Shown here piece by piece: positions 19,279-28,858 of a stretch of DNA of 63,563 nt. Each line of letters starts with the position of its first letter. The first letter of the stretch is position 1. A model generated the notes under the pieces. That model made no database searches. It was given only the letters and a program-made list of their open reading frames with translations, and was not told the DNA's origin. The stretch is taken from the NCBI GenBank assembly GCA_934133175.1, contig CAKPAX010000006.1:1-63563 (forward strand), in the 5' to 3' direction. The position numbers and the translations under genes are program-made. Source of the DNA: an uncultured Clostridia bacterium. Its GTDB lineage: Bacteria; Bacillota; Clostridia; TANB77; CAG-508.

Positions 19279-19839
19279 TCATATATTTTTATTTCGAATA
19301 CAATCTTCTAAAAATTCTTCTGCTAAAATATCCATTTCAATGGTATCATAATATTTTCCATTTACAAATTTACATTTTCTTCTTCTACCATATTCTTTAA
19401 AGCCACATTTTTTATAACAATTTAATGCTCTCTCGTTAAATTCCATTAAATCCAGTTTAATATTTTTTAAGTTTAAATATTTAAAACCATATTCTAGTAT
19501 TAGTTTTATAGCTTCAGTACCATAACCTTTATTTCTAAATTCTTTATCACCAATAAATATTCCAAGTGTAGCACATCTATTAATATGATTTATACTTTCT
19601 AATGAAACTGTTCCAATCATTTTGTTTTCATTAATAGTTACAATTACAAAGCTTGCTTCTGCTGTAGCATTTTCTTCTAAATATTTCTTTTCATCATCTA
19701 GAGTTGTAACAATACTACTTCTTCCTAAATAATCTGTTGTTTTAAAATCATTTAGCCATTCTGTGAAAATTTCTACATCATCACTATTTCTTGGAGATAA
19801 GTAAATTCTATCTCCTACTAATTTTTTAAAATATTTCAT
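19279..19839 (-). CDS. GNAT-family N-acetyltransferase (RimJ/RimL-like)
   Basis: 186 aa. IYLSPRNSDDVEIFTEWLND, IGTVSLESINHINRCATLGIFIGDKEFRNKGYGTEAIKLILEYGF, NERALNCYKKCGFKE. Confidence 0.85.
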   Translation of the reverse strand: MKYFKKLVGDRIYLSPRNSDDVEIFTEWLNDFKTTDYLGRSSIVTTLDDEKKYLEENATAEASFVIVTINENKMIGTVSLESINHINRCATLGIFIGDKEFRNKGYGTEAIKLILEYGFKYLNLKNIKLDLMEFNERALNCYKKCGFKEYGRRRKCKFVNGKYYDTIEMDILAEEFLEDCIRNKNI

Positions 19840-19851
19840 AAACTATCACTC

Positions 19852-20121
19852 CTATAAATTAAATTTTTCTTTTATCATTTTTGCAACATTTTCTGCTGAT
19901 ATATTTGTATTATTAATCTTATAAAAATTTTTAAAAATTTCATATCTAATCAAACTATTCATTTTTGTATAAGCTTTTTTATCATAATCAAATATTAATC
20001 TAACTAATTCGATTGTCATATGATTATATAATAGTTTATATCCTGTTATTTTTGATAATTCTTGACCTACAGTCATTTTTCCAACTGCTTGTGGTCCAAT
20101 AATTTGTATAAATTTTGGCAT
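19852..20121 (-). pseudogene. P-loop kinase-like protein, internally deleted (89 aa)
   Basis: Walker A IIGPQAVGKMTVG at the N-terminus joins directly to a C-terminal tail (YKINNTNISAENVAKMIKEKFNL). Relatives of this type are about twice as long. Confidence 0.5.
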
Positions 20122-20333
20122 TATAATCTCCCCTCTCTTTTAATTTTTATAGTATCAAAAAAGTCTCACAAAGAAATCTGATCAAGACTCCTTGTAAGAC
20201 TTAAAATCTATACATGTGTAAATAACTATCTATTATAAGTTATTCTATATCGCTCAAAATTATTATTTTTAGATATACTCTTAATATATTTTTTATTTTA
20301 CCATGAATATATCATACTTGTCAAATATTTATA

Positions 20334-21236
20334 TTAATTTAAAATTGGTTCTGCCCATTTTTCTATATATTCTTTTGGAATTTTCAAACTTCCTGATCCA
20401 ATTCCTATATCATTATTTGGTTTTTTATCTCCATGAAAATCACTACCACCACTTACAAATAAATTATTGTCTTTAGCATAATTTAAAAGTATATTTATTC
20501 TATTGTCAACTTCTGCTGAAGGATGAAAACACTCAACGCCATCTAGTTTTACTTCATTTCTTAAATAATCAATAAAACCTATTGTGTTTCCAAATTTATA
20601 TTCATATGGATGAGCTAGAAAGCATAAGCCTCCGGCTTCATGTATTTTATTTGCAACATCTTTAAACATAGGCTTTGGAAAATTATCTTCTCCCATATAA
20701 AATATACTGTTAGGATTATCTAACCCATTTCTTCTAAAATCATTAAACGAATTCTTAAATTCTTTCATGATACTCATATTTTCTTGATGCTTTATAAGTT
20801 CAAAATACATATATACTACAAAAAAGTCTGTTACTGGAATATCTTTTCTTATATTGTTTAAATCATAAACCAATTTATTTTCATCACATATTTTAATAAT
20901 TTTATTTTTAGATTTCTCAAATTTTTCTTTTAATATATCATATGAGTAAAATTTATTGGACCATTCTTCTATAATTTCATCTTTTTTTATATTATATGCT
21001 AAGAATTCAATTCTTTTTCCATCATAAAGAGTTGCATTCATTTCTGCACCTTTAATTATTTTACCATTAAATATTTTTTTACTTAATGCTTTGTCTTTAT
21101 ATTGTTTACATGTATTATGATCTGTTATTGAAATATACTCTAGCTTTTTTTCTTCACATTTTTTTAGTACATATTCTAATGTCTTATCTCCATCAGAATA
21201 TAATGTATGAATATGCATATCTACCATCAAAACCAC
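20334..21236 (-). CDS. PHP-domain metal-dependent phosphoesterase
   Basis: VDMHIHTLYSDGD, ISITDHN, FLAHPYEY, ECFHPS, SGGSDFHG are the His/Asp ligand motifs of the PHP fold. Confidence 0.85.
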   Translation of the reverse strand: MVLMVDMHIHTLYSDGDKTLEYVLKKCEEKKLEYISITDHNTCKQYKDKALSKKIFNGKIIKGAEMNATLYDGKRIEFLAYNIKKDEIIEEWSNKFYSYDILKEKFEKSKNKIIKICDENKLVYDLNNIRKDIPVTDFFVVYMYFELIKHQENMSIMKEFKNSFNDFRRNGLDNPNSIFYMGEDNFPKPMFKDVANKIHEAGGLCFLAHPYEYKFGNTIGFIDYLRNEVKLDGVECFHPSAEVDNRINILLNYAKDNNLFVSGGSDFHGDKKPNNDIGIGSGSLKIPKEYIEKWAEPILN

Positions 21237-21514
21237 ACTCCAATTTATTATGAATATCTAAAATTTAATTCATAATAATATTTTTCTTAAACTTATTTTA
21301 CTAAATCTAAATTTCCATTAATAATTTTAGGTGAAAATCCACTTATCTCATCAAATAAAATCCCTTCTGGTATTTAATTCCATAGGTATATTTCCTTACC
21401 TTCCATAAATGCTTCATTATTATGTACCATTTTGCTCCACTTTAGAGCATTTTATCCTTTAATTTTGCACTTTAATGCAATCTGCTACACTTGGTTACAC
21501 TCGGCTTTTATATC

Positions 21515-21538
21515 AGAAAGTATCTAAAAACGTATCTA
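21515..21538. repeat. 24-bp site AGAAAGTATCTAAAAACGTATCTA (left copy), overlaps the ygjV-like stop codon
   Basis: Reverse complement recurs at 22616..22638 (23/24 with one A indel). Internally it is a GTATCTA direct repeat with a 12-bp period. Confidence 0.8.
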
Positions 21539-22036
21539 ATTTTTAACTAATTTAATTTGCAATAATGTTAACATATTTGCAATGATATTCATAAAATCAA
21601 ATATTGCTGATGTATATGATTTTATCACTATATCATATATAAGCCACATAAGCATTGTAAAAATAATTAACAATTTAAATTTTCTTACATCTTTTATATT
21701 CATTAACCATATATATGAAACTGTACTAATTAGCGGTAACAATCCAATATATCCCAAATTATTAAATTTAAAAGTTAAAATTATTGCTAAAATTGTTATG
21801 ATTATTTTTTCTTTTAATCCTAATTTGTTTTTATAACATAGTATATTTCTAATCATACTTAGTGCATTTATTATAGCTCCGGTTATACCGCCTAAAATGA
21901 TATTACTAATTACTGACATTCCTATTTGTACTGTCTGAAAATATAATATTTTTTTCTTTTGTTTTAGCATACCAGAGTATACCATTAATATTGAAGCAAT
22001 GAGCGCAATTATATTCCCTATTATTATACTTACCAT
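21536..22036 (-). CDS. YgjV-family small membrane protein (PnuC/SWEET-related)
   Basis: 166 aa, about 5 TM segments. IIGNIIALIASILMVYSGMLKQKKKILYFQTVQ is typical of YgjV-like proteins. Confidence 0.65.
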   Translation of the reverse strand: MVSIIIGNIIALIASILMVYSGMLKQKKKILYFQTVQIGMSVISNIILGGITGAIINALSMIRNILCYKNKLGLKEKIIITILAIILTFKFNNLGYIGLLPLISTVSYIWLMNIKDVRKFKLLIIFTMLMWLIYDIVIKSYTSAIFDFMNIIANMLTLLQIKLVKN

Positions 22037-22038
22037 TA

Positions 22039-22446
22039 CTATCTCCTAATTTTATCAACTATTTTACAACATTTATTATAAACTTCGGAATCTTCTCCAT
22101 ATCTGCTTTTAATATCTTCTAACCTTTTGTCATAACCAACATCATTACCATATTTATCTATTTGCATGTCTGCCTGATTTAAAATATCTAAATATAGAGA
22201 TTTATATTCTACATTTATTTCGCCATGATAATAAATCTCTCTCCAATGTTTAAAGTTATTCCTCAAAATTTCTCCGCCAATTGTATTATGATTATTTCCA
22301 TTTTTAGTAAATTCATACCCTATATCATGATTGTATCCTATAATAAAGCAATTTTTAATATCTTCATCACTCAAATTTTTACTTTTTGCAATCTCTACCA
22401 TTTTTCTAGCAACTGCAATTGAATGTCTTAATCTATCTTCATCCAT
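22039..22446 (-). CDS. HD-domain phosphohydrolase (small, 135 aa)
   Basis: LRHSIAVARKM ... IGYNHDIGYEF (H...HD signature). A 2-nt gap to the downstream ygjV-like gene suggests an operon. Confidence 0.75.
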   Translation of the reverse strand: MDEDRLRHSIAVARKMVEIAKSKNLSDEDIKNCFIIGYNHDIGYEFTKNGNNHNTIGGEILRNNFKHWREIYYHGEINVEYKSLYLDILNQADMQIDKYGNDVGYDKRLEDIKSRYGEDSEVYNKCCKIVDKIRR

Positions 22447-22615
22447 TTATTTTATTTTCTCATAATTATCATTTGCTGTTTCTAACATACAATATTCATT
22501 CATCACTATCACCTTTAATTATAATTATATCATTTTTACCATTATAACTATGGCAATGTTCCAAACCCCAAAAAAGCATTGAAAATACTATGTTTTTCTT
22601 ATCCATTTTTGTTTC

Positions 22616-22663
22616 TAGATACGTTTTAGATACTTTCTCGCAACGTATTTAGTAACGTATCTA
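22616..22663. repeat. 48-bp imperfect palindrome built from the same GTATCTA-type units (right copy)
   Basis: TAGATACGTTTTAGATAC tttctcgca ACGTATTTAGTAACGTATCTA. The left arm is the inverted copy of 21515..21538. Lies ~170 nt upstream of the HD gene. Confidence 0.75.
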
Positions 22664-22687
22664 AATAATATTGCCTAATTTTATGTA

Positions 22688-22715
22688 TAAAAAAGCCTTT
22701 ATTTCAAGGCTTTTA
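22688..22715 (-). terminator. rho-independent terminator (probably the original secA terminator)
   Basis: AAAAAGCCTT tatttc AAGGCTTTT lies immediately after the stop of the SEC-C remnant ORF. Confidence 0.7.
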
Positions 22716-22716
22716 A

Positions 22717-22878
22717 CTACTTTCCGCAACAATTCTTATATTTTTTGCCACTTCCACATGTTCGAGTTTTTGTAGTATTTATAATACTATAAATATTATC
22801 TGTATTACTTGTATTTACTAGTGTTGTGTTTTTTGAAATATCAATATTATTTGTATTTATTGTACTTATTTTATTCAT
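22717..22878 (-). CDS. 53-aa ORF ending in a SEC-C zinc-finger motif (displaced secA tail fused to island sequence)
   Basis: [53 protein letters not shown]. The last 38 nt match the secA 3' end 33/38 (hand count). Confidence 0.5.
   Translation of the reverse strand: MNKISTINTNNIDISKNTTLVNTSNTDNIYSIINTTKTRTCGSGKKYKNCCGK
22723..22760. repeat. direct repeat of the secA 3' coding end (candidate att core, distal)
   Basis: TCCGCAACAATTCTTATATTTTTTGCCACTTCCACATG versus secA TCCACAACAGTTCTTATACTTCTTCCCACTTCCACATG (29003..29040). 33/38 identical, including a 13-nt perfect run. Confidence 0.6.
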
Positions 22879-22893
22879 TAATATTTTGTGTTT

Positions 22894-22911
22894 GGCGACA
22901 AATTGGCGACA
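22894..22911. promoter_or_regulatory. two direct GGCGACA repeats (candidate integrase arm-type sites, distal end)
   Basis: GGCGACAAATTGGCGACA with an 11-bp period. The same heptamer occurs three times at 28859..28935. Confidence 0.45.
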
Positions 22912-23002
22912 TTGTCTACATCGTTATTTGTCTTTTATATGTTTTAAATTTTACAATATTATTCATTTTTTGTCTAGAATATTTTCGCAATTTTTGCAAA
23001 AA

Positions 23003-24104
23003 CTAATTATTATCTAACTCTTTTTTATTTTGCTGTTGTAATTCAAAAATTGTTTTTTGATTTTCTATTTCTGCTCTAAGTTCATCTTCAGTTGGTAAAT
23101 ATAATTTGTATTTTGAAGCAAAAAGTTGCTCATTTCCTTTTAAAACAGAATATTTGGCAATGTCTTCATCTGTCTCAGAACATAATACAATTCCGATTGT
23201 AGGATTATCGTCTGGTGCTTTTTTTAATTCATCATACATTCTAACATACATGTCCATTTGACCAACATCTTGATGAGTTATTTTTTTAGTTTTTAAATCA
23301 ATCAACACAAAACATTTTAATATATAATTGTAAAATACCAAATCTATATAATAATCTTCTTTTTCTGTTTGAATATGTTGTTGTCTTGCAACAAAAGCAT
23401 ATCCTTTTCCGTAATTCCATTAAAAATTTTTGTAAATTATTTATTATACTAGATTCAAGTTCTGTTTCTGTAAAACTATCATCTAAAGAATATCCTAAAA
23501 ATTCAGCTATAACAGGATTTTTTACAAATTCTAATTTATTCATTAAATATTGATTTTCATTTACTTTTTTCATTTCATCAATGACTGGCTCTTTGACTTG
23601 AGATTTCAATAATCTATAATAATACTGTGATGAAATATTTCTTTGTAATGTTCTTACACTCCAAGTTTGACTTAATGCTTCTTTTTCATACCATTCTCTT
23701 GCTTCTTTATCAAATACTTGTAATAATGTTCTATAATGACTCCAAGAAAGCAATCTATTAAATTTTGAACACAGTGTGTTCAAAATGTTTGGAAAAGTTT
23801 TGTAAAAATTCAAAAAATAATATAAATTTCTTGAATCAAATCCTTTTCCATATTCTTCCTTCAATTCTTTTGATAGCTTTTTTATTATTTCTGTACCATA
23901 ATCCGCTCTACCTTCGCCTTTTAATTCTTCTTCGGCGATTCTATATCCAATTAGCCAATTTCTTTCTACTAATGCAATATTAACAGACTGAAATGCATAA
24001 TCTCGTGCTGAATTAATTATTGAACAAATATCAGTTAAAACGTCATCTGTTTTAGAATACTTAATAATTGATGTATTATTTTTATCTATTTTTTCTAAAT
24101 TCAT
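23003..24104 (-). pseudogene. DUF1016 / YhcG-type PDDEXK nuclease-like protein, frameshifted
   Basis: NIALVERNWLIGYRIAEEE..GRADYG...LSWSHYRTLL in ORF 23298..24104. The PD-(D/E)xK core YYIDLVFYNYILKCFVLIDLKTKK continues in another frame into ORF 23003..23341. There is a single 1-nt shift near 23405..23412. Confidence 0.75.
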
Positions 24105-24164
24105 TAATTTTATTCCTCCCTTTTTAATGTTTTTTCAAATTATGAATAACTTTATATGTTTTTT

Positions 24165-26075
24165 TTATAATTCAATTGGTTCAACATCAATAACATCATT
24201 TAACTTTTCAGCATTAGAAGAATCTATATTGCATTGCTTAGAACCAACTTTAAATATTTTTCTAGTTGGTTGCATTTTAAACATATCTTGTGTAGTTGCA
24301 CATATCCATTCTTCAGGTCTATATGGCTGATTTTTTAACCAATTATCTAAATAAAATCTTGCCATAGTCATATCAAAGTTAACCCATTGTTCTTCTTCAG
24401 GTAAATATACCATACTCCATGCATGACCTGTTGTGCCAATTCCTTCAATTCTTTTATGTTTTATACCTAAATCCCCACAAACTTTACTCTCGAAATTAAC
24501 ATATTCAGAACAAACTCCATCAATTAACATTCCATTTCTGTATACTGGTTGATATCCTTTCCTACTTAATCCGTGCATATAACTATATTCTGGACTTTCA
24601 TTTATTTTGATAAAACCATTTTTAGCAGGTTTGTACGGACTATAAATTATACTATAATAGTCATCAATACATCTTTCTTTATTTCGACTTGATAATGGTC
24701 TCCCTTCCACTTTTTCAAATATTTCATCTAATTTTGAGCTAGCCTCATTTTTTGATAAAATTTGACCTGTTCGAATTGATTCTTCTATCATTTCTTTTGT
24801 AATATGTGTTCCAGTTATTCTCATTTCATCATTCAATTCTCCAATTTTTTCCATTATTTCATCATATACTTGAGCGCATTGAGAACTTGGAGAGTTAGTG
24901 TTATAGTCACTTAATTTCACTATTTGTAATTGATCATAATTATATGTTACATGCCATTTATAATATTCATATAATTTTGCTAATAATTGTCTAGTAGTTG
25001 CTCCATCTTTTTTTAATTCTCTTAAGCTTGATATAAATGCACTATAATCCATTTCTCTAGTTCTTTGATATGAATTATCTATATCTTCACAGCATCCTAT
25101 TGCTTTAGGATCAAATTGTTTATGAGTTCCGTAAAATGCAATAATTTGGTCTTTTAAGTACCTTGATGAAGGAGTTTTCACAGAATTATGAATATATCTG
25201 TGACTAGAATCACTAACTACTATTCCTTCCATATCAATTCCATATCTTTTATTAGCTTCAATTGCATTTTTATATCTTTCATTAAGTGTTTGCCCTAATA
25301 ATTTTCTTTGCTCAATTCCTACTTCTTTTGGAGTTGATACACTTCTAAATGACATATCATGCATTGGCGCAGGGATTTGCATATCTGATGTGATTCTATC
25401 CCCATTTATATCAAAGTTTCCTGCTTTTCTTGCTTCAAATTCTCCTACATAATAAGCAAATTGAATTTGTTTGTAAGCTTCTGAATCAAATTCTTTTCCA
25501 AATAGATTTTCATAATCTTGAATACCTATTGGATATTTTATTTTTCTTGTTGGAACAGGTATTGTTCCTGCTGCACCACCTATTAAAGCTCTATTTATTA
25601 TTTCTGGATATGCTAATGCAAATCTTTGAGCAAATACACCAGATGCAGAATATCCACTTAAAAATATTTTATCTTGTACTTTTTTACCAGTTATTTTCTC
25701 AATTTGAGTTCTTGCATCATCAATACATTCTTTAACTTTTTCATGTATTTGAAAATCCTTTACTGATTCTACTGACATTTGTTGTAAATCTGGTAATCCT
25801 TTTAAATCTGGTACAATTGGAACAACAAGCGGAAAATCTGTTACAAAATCTGCATAATTTTTTTCAATTGGATTTCCTTTATCAGTCATAGCATGTTGTA
25901 CATTTTCAACATATGAATTAGCTTGTTTTCCACCTGAATTATACATTTCTACAAACATTTCAGCATTATCTTTCATTTCTTCTGGAATACCTATAATATA
26001 AGATCCGTCTTGGGTTTGACATATATGTAAATCAATCTTTTTACCACTTCTATTTATAATAGTTTTATATTTCAT
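24165..26075 (-). CDS. 636-aa fusion of an alpha/beta-hydrolase-like N-domain and a transglutaminase-like cysteine-protease C-domain
   Basis: Nucleophile-elbow-like FLSGYSASGVFAQRFA in the N-half. The C-half GVCSEYVNFESKVCGDLGIKHKRIEGIGTTGHAWSMVYLPEEEQWVNFDMT has the Cys...His...Asp spacing of the transglutaminase-like core. No signal peptide. Confidence 0.6.
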   Translation of the reverse strand: MKYKTIINRSGKKIDLHICQTQDGSYIIGIPEEMKDNAEMFVEMYNSGGKQANSYVENVQHAMTDKGNPIEKNYADFVTDFPLVVPIVPDLKGLPDLQQMSVESVKDFQIHEKVKECIDDARTQIEKITGKKVQDKIFLSGYSASGVFAQRFALAYPEIINRALIGGAAGTIPVPTRKIKYPIGIQDYENLFGKEFDSEAYKQIQFAYYVGEFEARKAGNFDINGDRITSDMQIPAPMHDMSFRSVSTPKEVGIEQRKLLGQTLNERYKNAIEANKRYGIDMEGIVVSDSSHRYIHNSVKTPSSRYLKDQIIAFYGTHKQFDPKAIGCCEDIDNSYQRTREMDYSAFISSLRELKKDGATTRQLLAKLYEYYKWHVTYNYDQLQIVKLSDYNTNSPSSQCAQVYDEIMEKIGELNDEMRITGTHITKEMIEESIRTGQILSKNEASSKLDEIFEKVEGRPLSSRNKERCIDDYYSIIYSPYKPAKNGFIKINESPEYSYMHGLSRKGYQPVYRNGMLIDGVCSEYVNFESKVCGDLGIKHKRIEGIGTTGHAWSMVYLPEEEQWVNFDMTMARFYLDNWLKNQPYRPEEWICATTQDMFKMQPTRKIFKVGSKQCNIDSSNAEKLNDVIDVEPIEL

Positions 26076-26080
26076 AGTAC

Positions 26081-26695
26081 CTACCTCCTATTTCTTATTT
26101 CTAATAAATGATTTCTTAATAATTTGACATTTTCTATTGCTTCCACATCTTCTAAAAAATTCTCATTATTTCTTCTCGTACAAAAATTTTCTAATTCAAT
26201 AATTGCAGTATCAACATTATCTTTATTTACTTTATCTTCACAAACTTTCAAAGCAGTCTTAATATAACCACATATAGCACATGCAGTCATCGCTTTAAAA
26301 TATGACACTTCTGGAAGATTAGATTTTAAGTACAATTCAGTTGCAAAATCGTCATCTATTCTCGTTGGATTTGTTAATATTATTTTCTCTGCTATATATA
26401 TTCCATTTTCACTAACTGTTTTATATATTTTTTCATTTTCTGGAATTATAACTTCGCATAATGTATCTCCTCTGATTAACCATCTAAATATATAATCGAA
26501 TGTTGAAACACAAAAGCCTCCCATGTCTATTTGTTGTTCAGCATTAAAATTTATTTTTTTATCGGCAATTACAATTTCATCAATTGGAAATCTTCTTCCA
26601 TCTGAATACTCTTTAACCGTTTGAATTACTCTATAAAATTTAATATTTTTATCGGCTTCACATTCAAAAAATTTTCCTAACATAATTTCCTCCAA
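26081..26695 (-). CDS. hypothetical 204-aa protein
   Basis: Clean ORF 5 nt downstream of the next gene's stop. Conserved-looking GGFCVSTFDYIFRWLIRGDTLCEVIIPE segment. No family assigned. Confidence 0.5.
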   Translation of the reverse strand: MEEIMLGKFFECEADKNIKFYRVIQTVKEYSDGRRFPIDEIVIADKKINFNAEQQIDMGGFCVSTFDYIFRWLIRGDTLCEVIIPENEKIYKTVSENGIYIAEKIILTNPTRIDDDFATELYLKSNLPEVSYFKAMTACAICGYIKTALKVCEDKVNKDNVDTAIIELENFCTRRNNENFLEDVEAIENVKLLRNHLLEIRNRR

Positions 26696-26700
26696 CTTAT

Positions 26701-27270
26701 TTATATTTCAAATTCAACAACTTCGCAATTTTCTAGTCCTTTAATTTTTTCTCTATCAACTAGATTCTCTAAAGGATACTTCATAAAATAACACTTTATA
26801 GGAATGGAGCTACTTCCATGAGTTACTATTAAAACATTTTCATCTTTATATTTTGTAGTTATTTCATCCAAACACTCATATATTCTTACACATAAATCTT
26901 GTATAGTTTCCATATTAAAAATATCTATATTCTTCAAATAATTACACGCATCATCAATTTCAGGATATTGGATTTTCCTTTCTTTTAACTCTACTTTAGT
27001 AATTCCTTCAAAATCTCCGTAGCATCTTTCCATTAACCTGTCATCTTCAACAATTTCAACATTAAATTGTTTATTAATTATTTCTGCTGTTTCTCTTGCT
27101 CTTTTTAATGGCGAAGTAATTATAATATCTATTTTTTCATCTTTGATTTTTTCACCTGTTATCAAAGCTTGTTCTTTACCAACTTCGTTTAATTCTATAT
27201 CTTTTCTACCTTGTAATCTTCCAAGTGAATTCCATTCAGTTTGACCATGTCTTGTTATAAAAACCTTCAT
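26701..27270 (-). CDS. histidine phosphatase (phosphoglycerate-mutase-like) family protein
   Basis: VFITRHGQTEWNSLGRLQG, SPLKRARETAE, IVTHGSS. Confidence 0.85.
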   Translation of the reverse strand: MKVFITRHGQTEWNSLGRLQGRKDIELNEVGKEQALITGEKIKDEKIDIIITSPLKRARETAEIINKQFNVEIVEDDRLMERCYGDFEGITKVELKERKIQYPEIDDACNYLKNIDIFNMETIQDLCVRIYECLDEITTKYKDENVLIVTHGSSSIPIKCYFMKYPLENLVDREKIKGLENCEVVEFEI

Positions 27271-27453
27271 AATATATCTTTCCTTTTCTATGTTTTATTC
27301 AATTTAAATACATACAATGATTAGCTATCTCTTGATAGGTATTATATCAAAAAATTTACATTCTTACAACAAAACATCATTCATTTAAAAACTTTTTAGA
27401 GAGCTAATTATGCCAACCAGCTCTCTAATTCTAGTAAAATTTTATATTAATAT

Positions 27454-28758
27454 TTAGATAGAAATTTTATATTCTATAATTTCTTCAATAACATCTAAAT
27501 TTATAGCATTTTCATAAGAATCCGTTGCATTTTTTCTTGTTTCATCTGTGCTTGAAATATAATAATTTTTTGTAGTTTCTATATCTTTATGTCCTAACAC
27601 ATCTGCTACATCTCTTATTTCTACTCCATTTCTTAAAATTGTAGTCGCATAACTTCCCCTTAAATCATAAAATCTGCAATTTTCTATCCCAAGTTCATTA
27701 TGAATTATTTTATATGGATATTTTGTACTATCAGTGCCTTCATATACTCCATTATTCTTTACAAATACAAAATCTACTTCAGGTAATGCAACATCTATCT
27801 CAGCGTATGCATTTACTATCTTTATTTCAGGTTTGTTATTATATGGATTTATAACATTTTTCTTATACTGTTTCATATATGTATCTCCATAATTTTGCTT
27901 ATGCATTTCTTGTTCTTCTTCATATCCTTTTAAAGCTTTAAGTAATGTATCACCTATTGGAACAGTCCTATAGCTTGTTTGTGTTTTACATGTTCCAAAA
28001 TACCATACAGTTGTTGAATTACCACTTAAATGTCTTCCTTTTGTTCCCCCTGCTTGATTTTTCTTTAATATGTTCTTGTTTACACTAATTGTTTTATTTT
28101 TGAAATCAATATCATTCCAAGTTAAAGCAAATACTTCTGCAATCCTTAATCCAGTGCAATATGCTGTTAAAAAGGCATAATATACACAATGATTATTTTT
28201 GAATCTATTTAATATCGTATTTATTTCTTCCGTTGTAAATATATGTGCTACATCTTTTGGTGGCTCGTCATATTTAGGTAGTTTTAAATTTGCAGCAGGA
28301 TTAACTTTTACATATTCATTATCTATTGCATAATTAAATGAACATTTTAATACTTTCCTGATATTATTCAAAAAATTTTTGCTATATGCTTTTTCAACAT
28401 ATATCTTATTTAAAAAATCTTGTAAAGTTGGTTTTGTTATTTGAGATAGTTTATAAAAGCCCAAATTAGGTTTTAAATGTGTTTTAACTATATTACTATA
28501 TGTTTCTATAATGTGATACTTTAAATTTATTTTACAATGATTATCTAGCCAATAATCTAAGAAGTCTAAATAGCTCATTTCGTTAGATACAAATTTCCTA
28601 CCAGTATTTAAGTATTCATTATAAGCTATTGTTCCTTGTTTTAGTGCTTCTGCTTTTGTTTTAAAACCTGATTTTGTAATTCGTTTTCTTTTACCCTCAA
28701 TTTTAGCAACATCAAAATTGTACTCATAAACATTTCCTATCTTTCTTACATTTACCAT
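27454..28758 (-). CDS. tyrosine site-specific integrase with N-terminal arm-binding domain
   Basis: Start MVNVRKIGNVYEYNFDVAKIEGKRKRITKSGFKTKAEAL (Tn916/phage Arm-type domain) with RBS GGAGGT. Catalytic segments GLRIAEVFALTWNDID, FYDLRGSYATT, LGHKDIETTKNYY. Confidence 0.9.
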   Translation of the reverse strand: MVNVRKIGNVYEYNFDVAKIEGKRKRITKSGFKTKAEALKQGTIAYNEYLNTGRKFVSNEMSYLDFLDYWLDNHCKINLKYHIIETYSNIVKTHLKPNLGFYKLSQITKPTLQDFLNKIYVEKAYSKNFLNNIRKVLKCSFNYAIDNEYVKVNPAANLKLPKYDEPPKDVAHIFTTEEINTILNRFKNNHCVYYAFLTAYCTGLRIAEVFALTWNDIDFKNKTISVNKNILKKNQAGGTKGRHLSGNSTTVWYFGTCKTQTSYRTVPIGDTLLKALKGYEEEQEMHKQNYGDTYMKQYKKNVINPYNNKPEIKIVNAYAEIDVALPEVDFVFVKNNGVYEGTDSTKYPYKIIHNELGIENCRFYDLRGSYATTILRNGVEIRDVADVLGHKDIETTKNYYISSTDETRKNATDSYENAINLDVIEEIIEYKISI

Positions 28759-28794
28759 TTTGTTTTTACCTCCAATCTGTAAATAACGATTGAA

Positions 28795-28828
28795 CGAAAA
28801 AAGACTGACATCTTTTACAATGTCAGTC
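28795..28828 (-). terminator. hairpin + T-run between secA and the integrase gene
   Basis: GACTGACA/TGTCAGTC (28803..28810 / 28821..28828), followed by TTTTTTCG on the minus strand. Confidence 0.55.
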
Positions 28829-28858
28829 AATATTAAACTAATTTTAATATTTTAGATT

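Noticed and set aside
21240-21514. Possible small gene or pseudogene (MVHNNEAFMEGKEIYLWN* then IPEGILFDEISGFSPKIINGNLDLVK*) and the TTGCACTTTAATGCAA palindrome between the PHP gene and the YgjV gene.
   Set aside because: The frame is interrupted by a stop, it has no recognisable family and it is too short to call. Noted only as likely debris.
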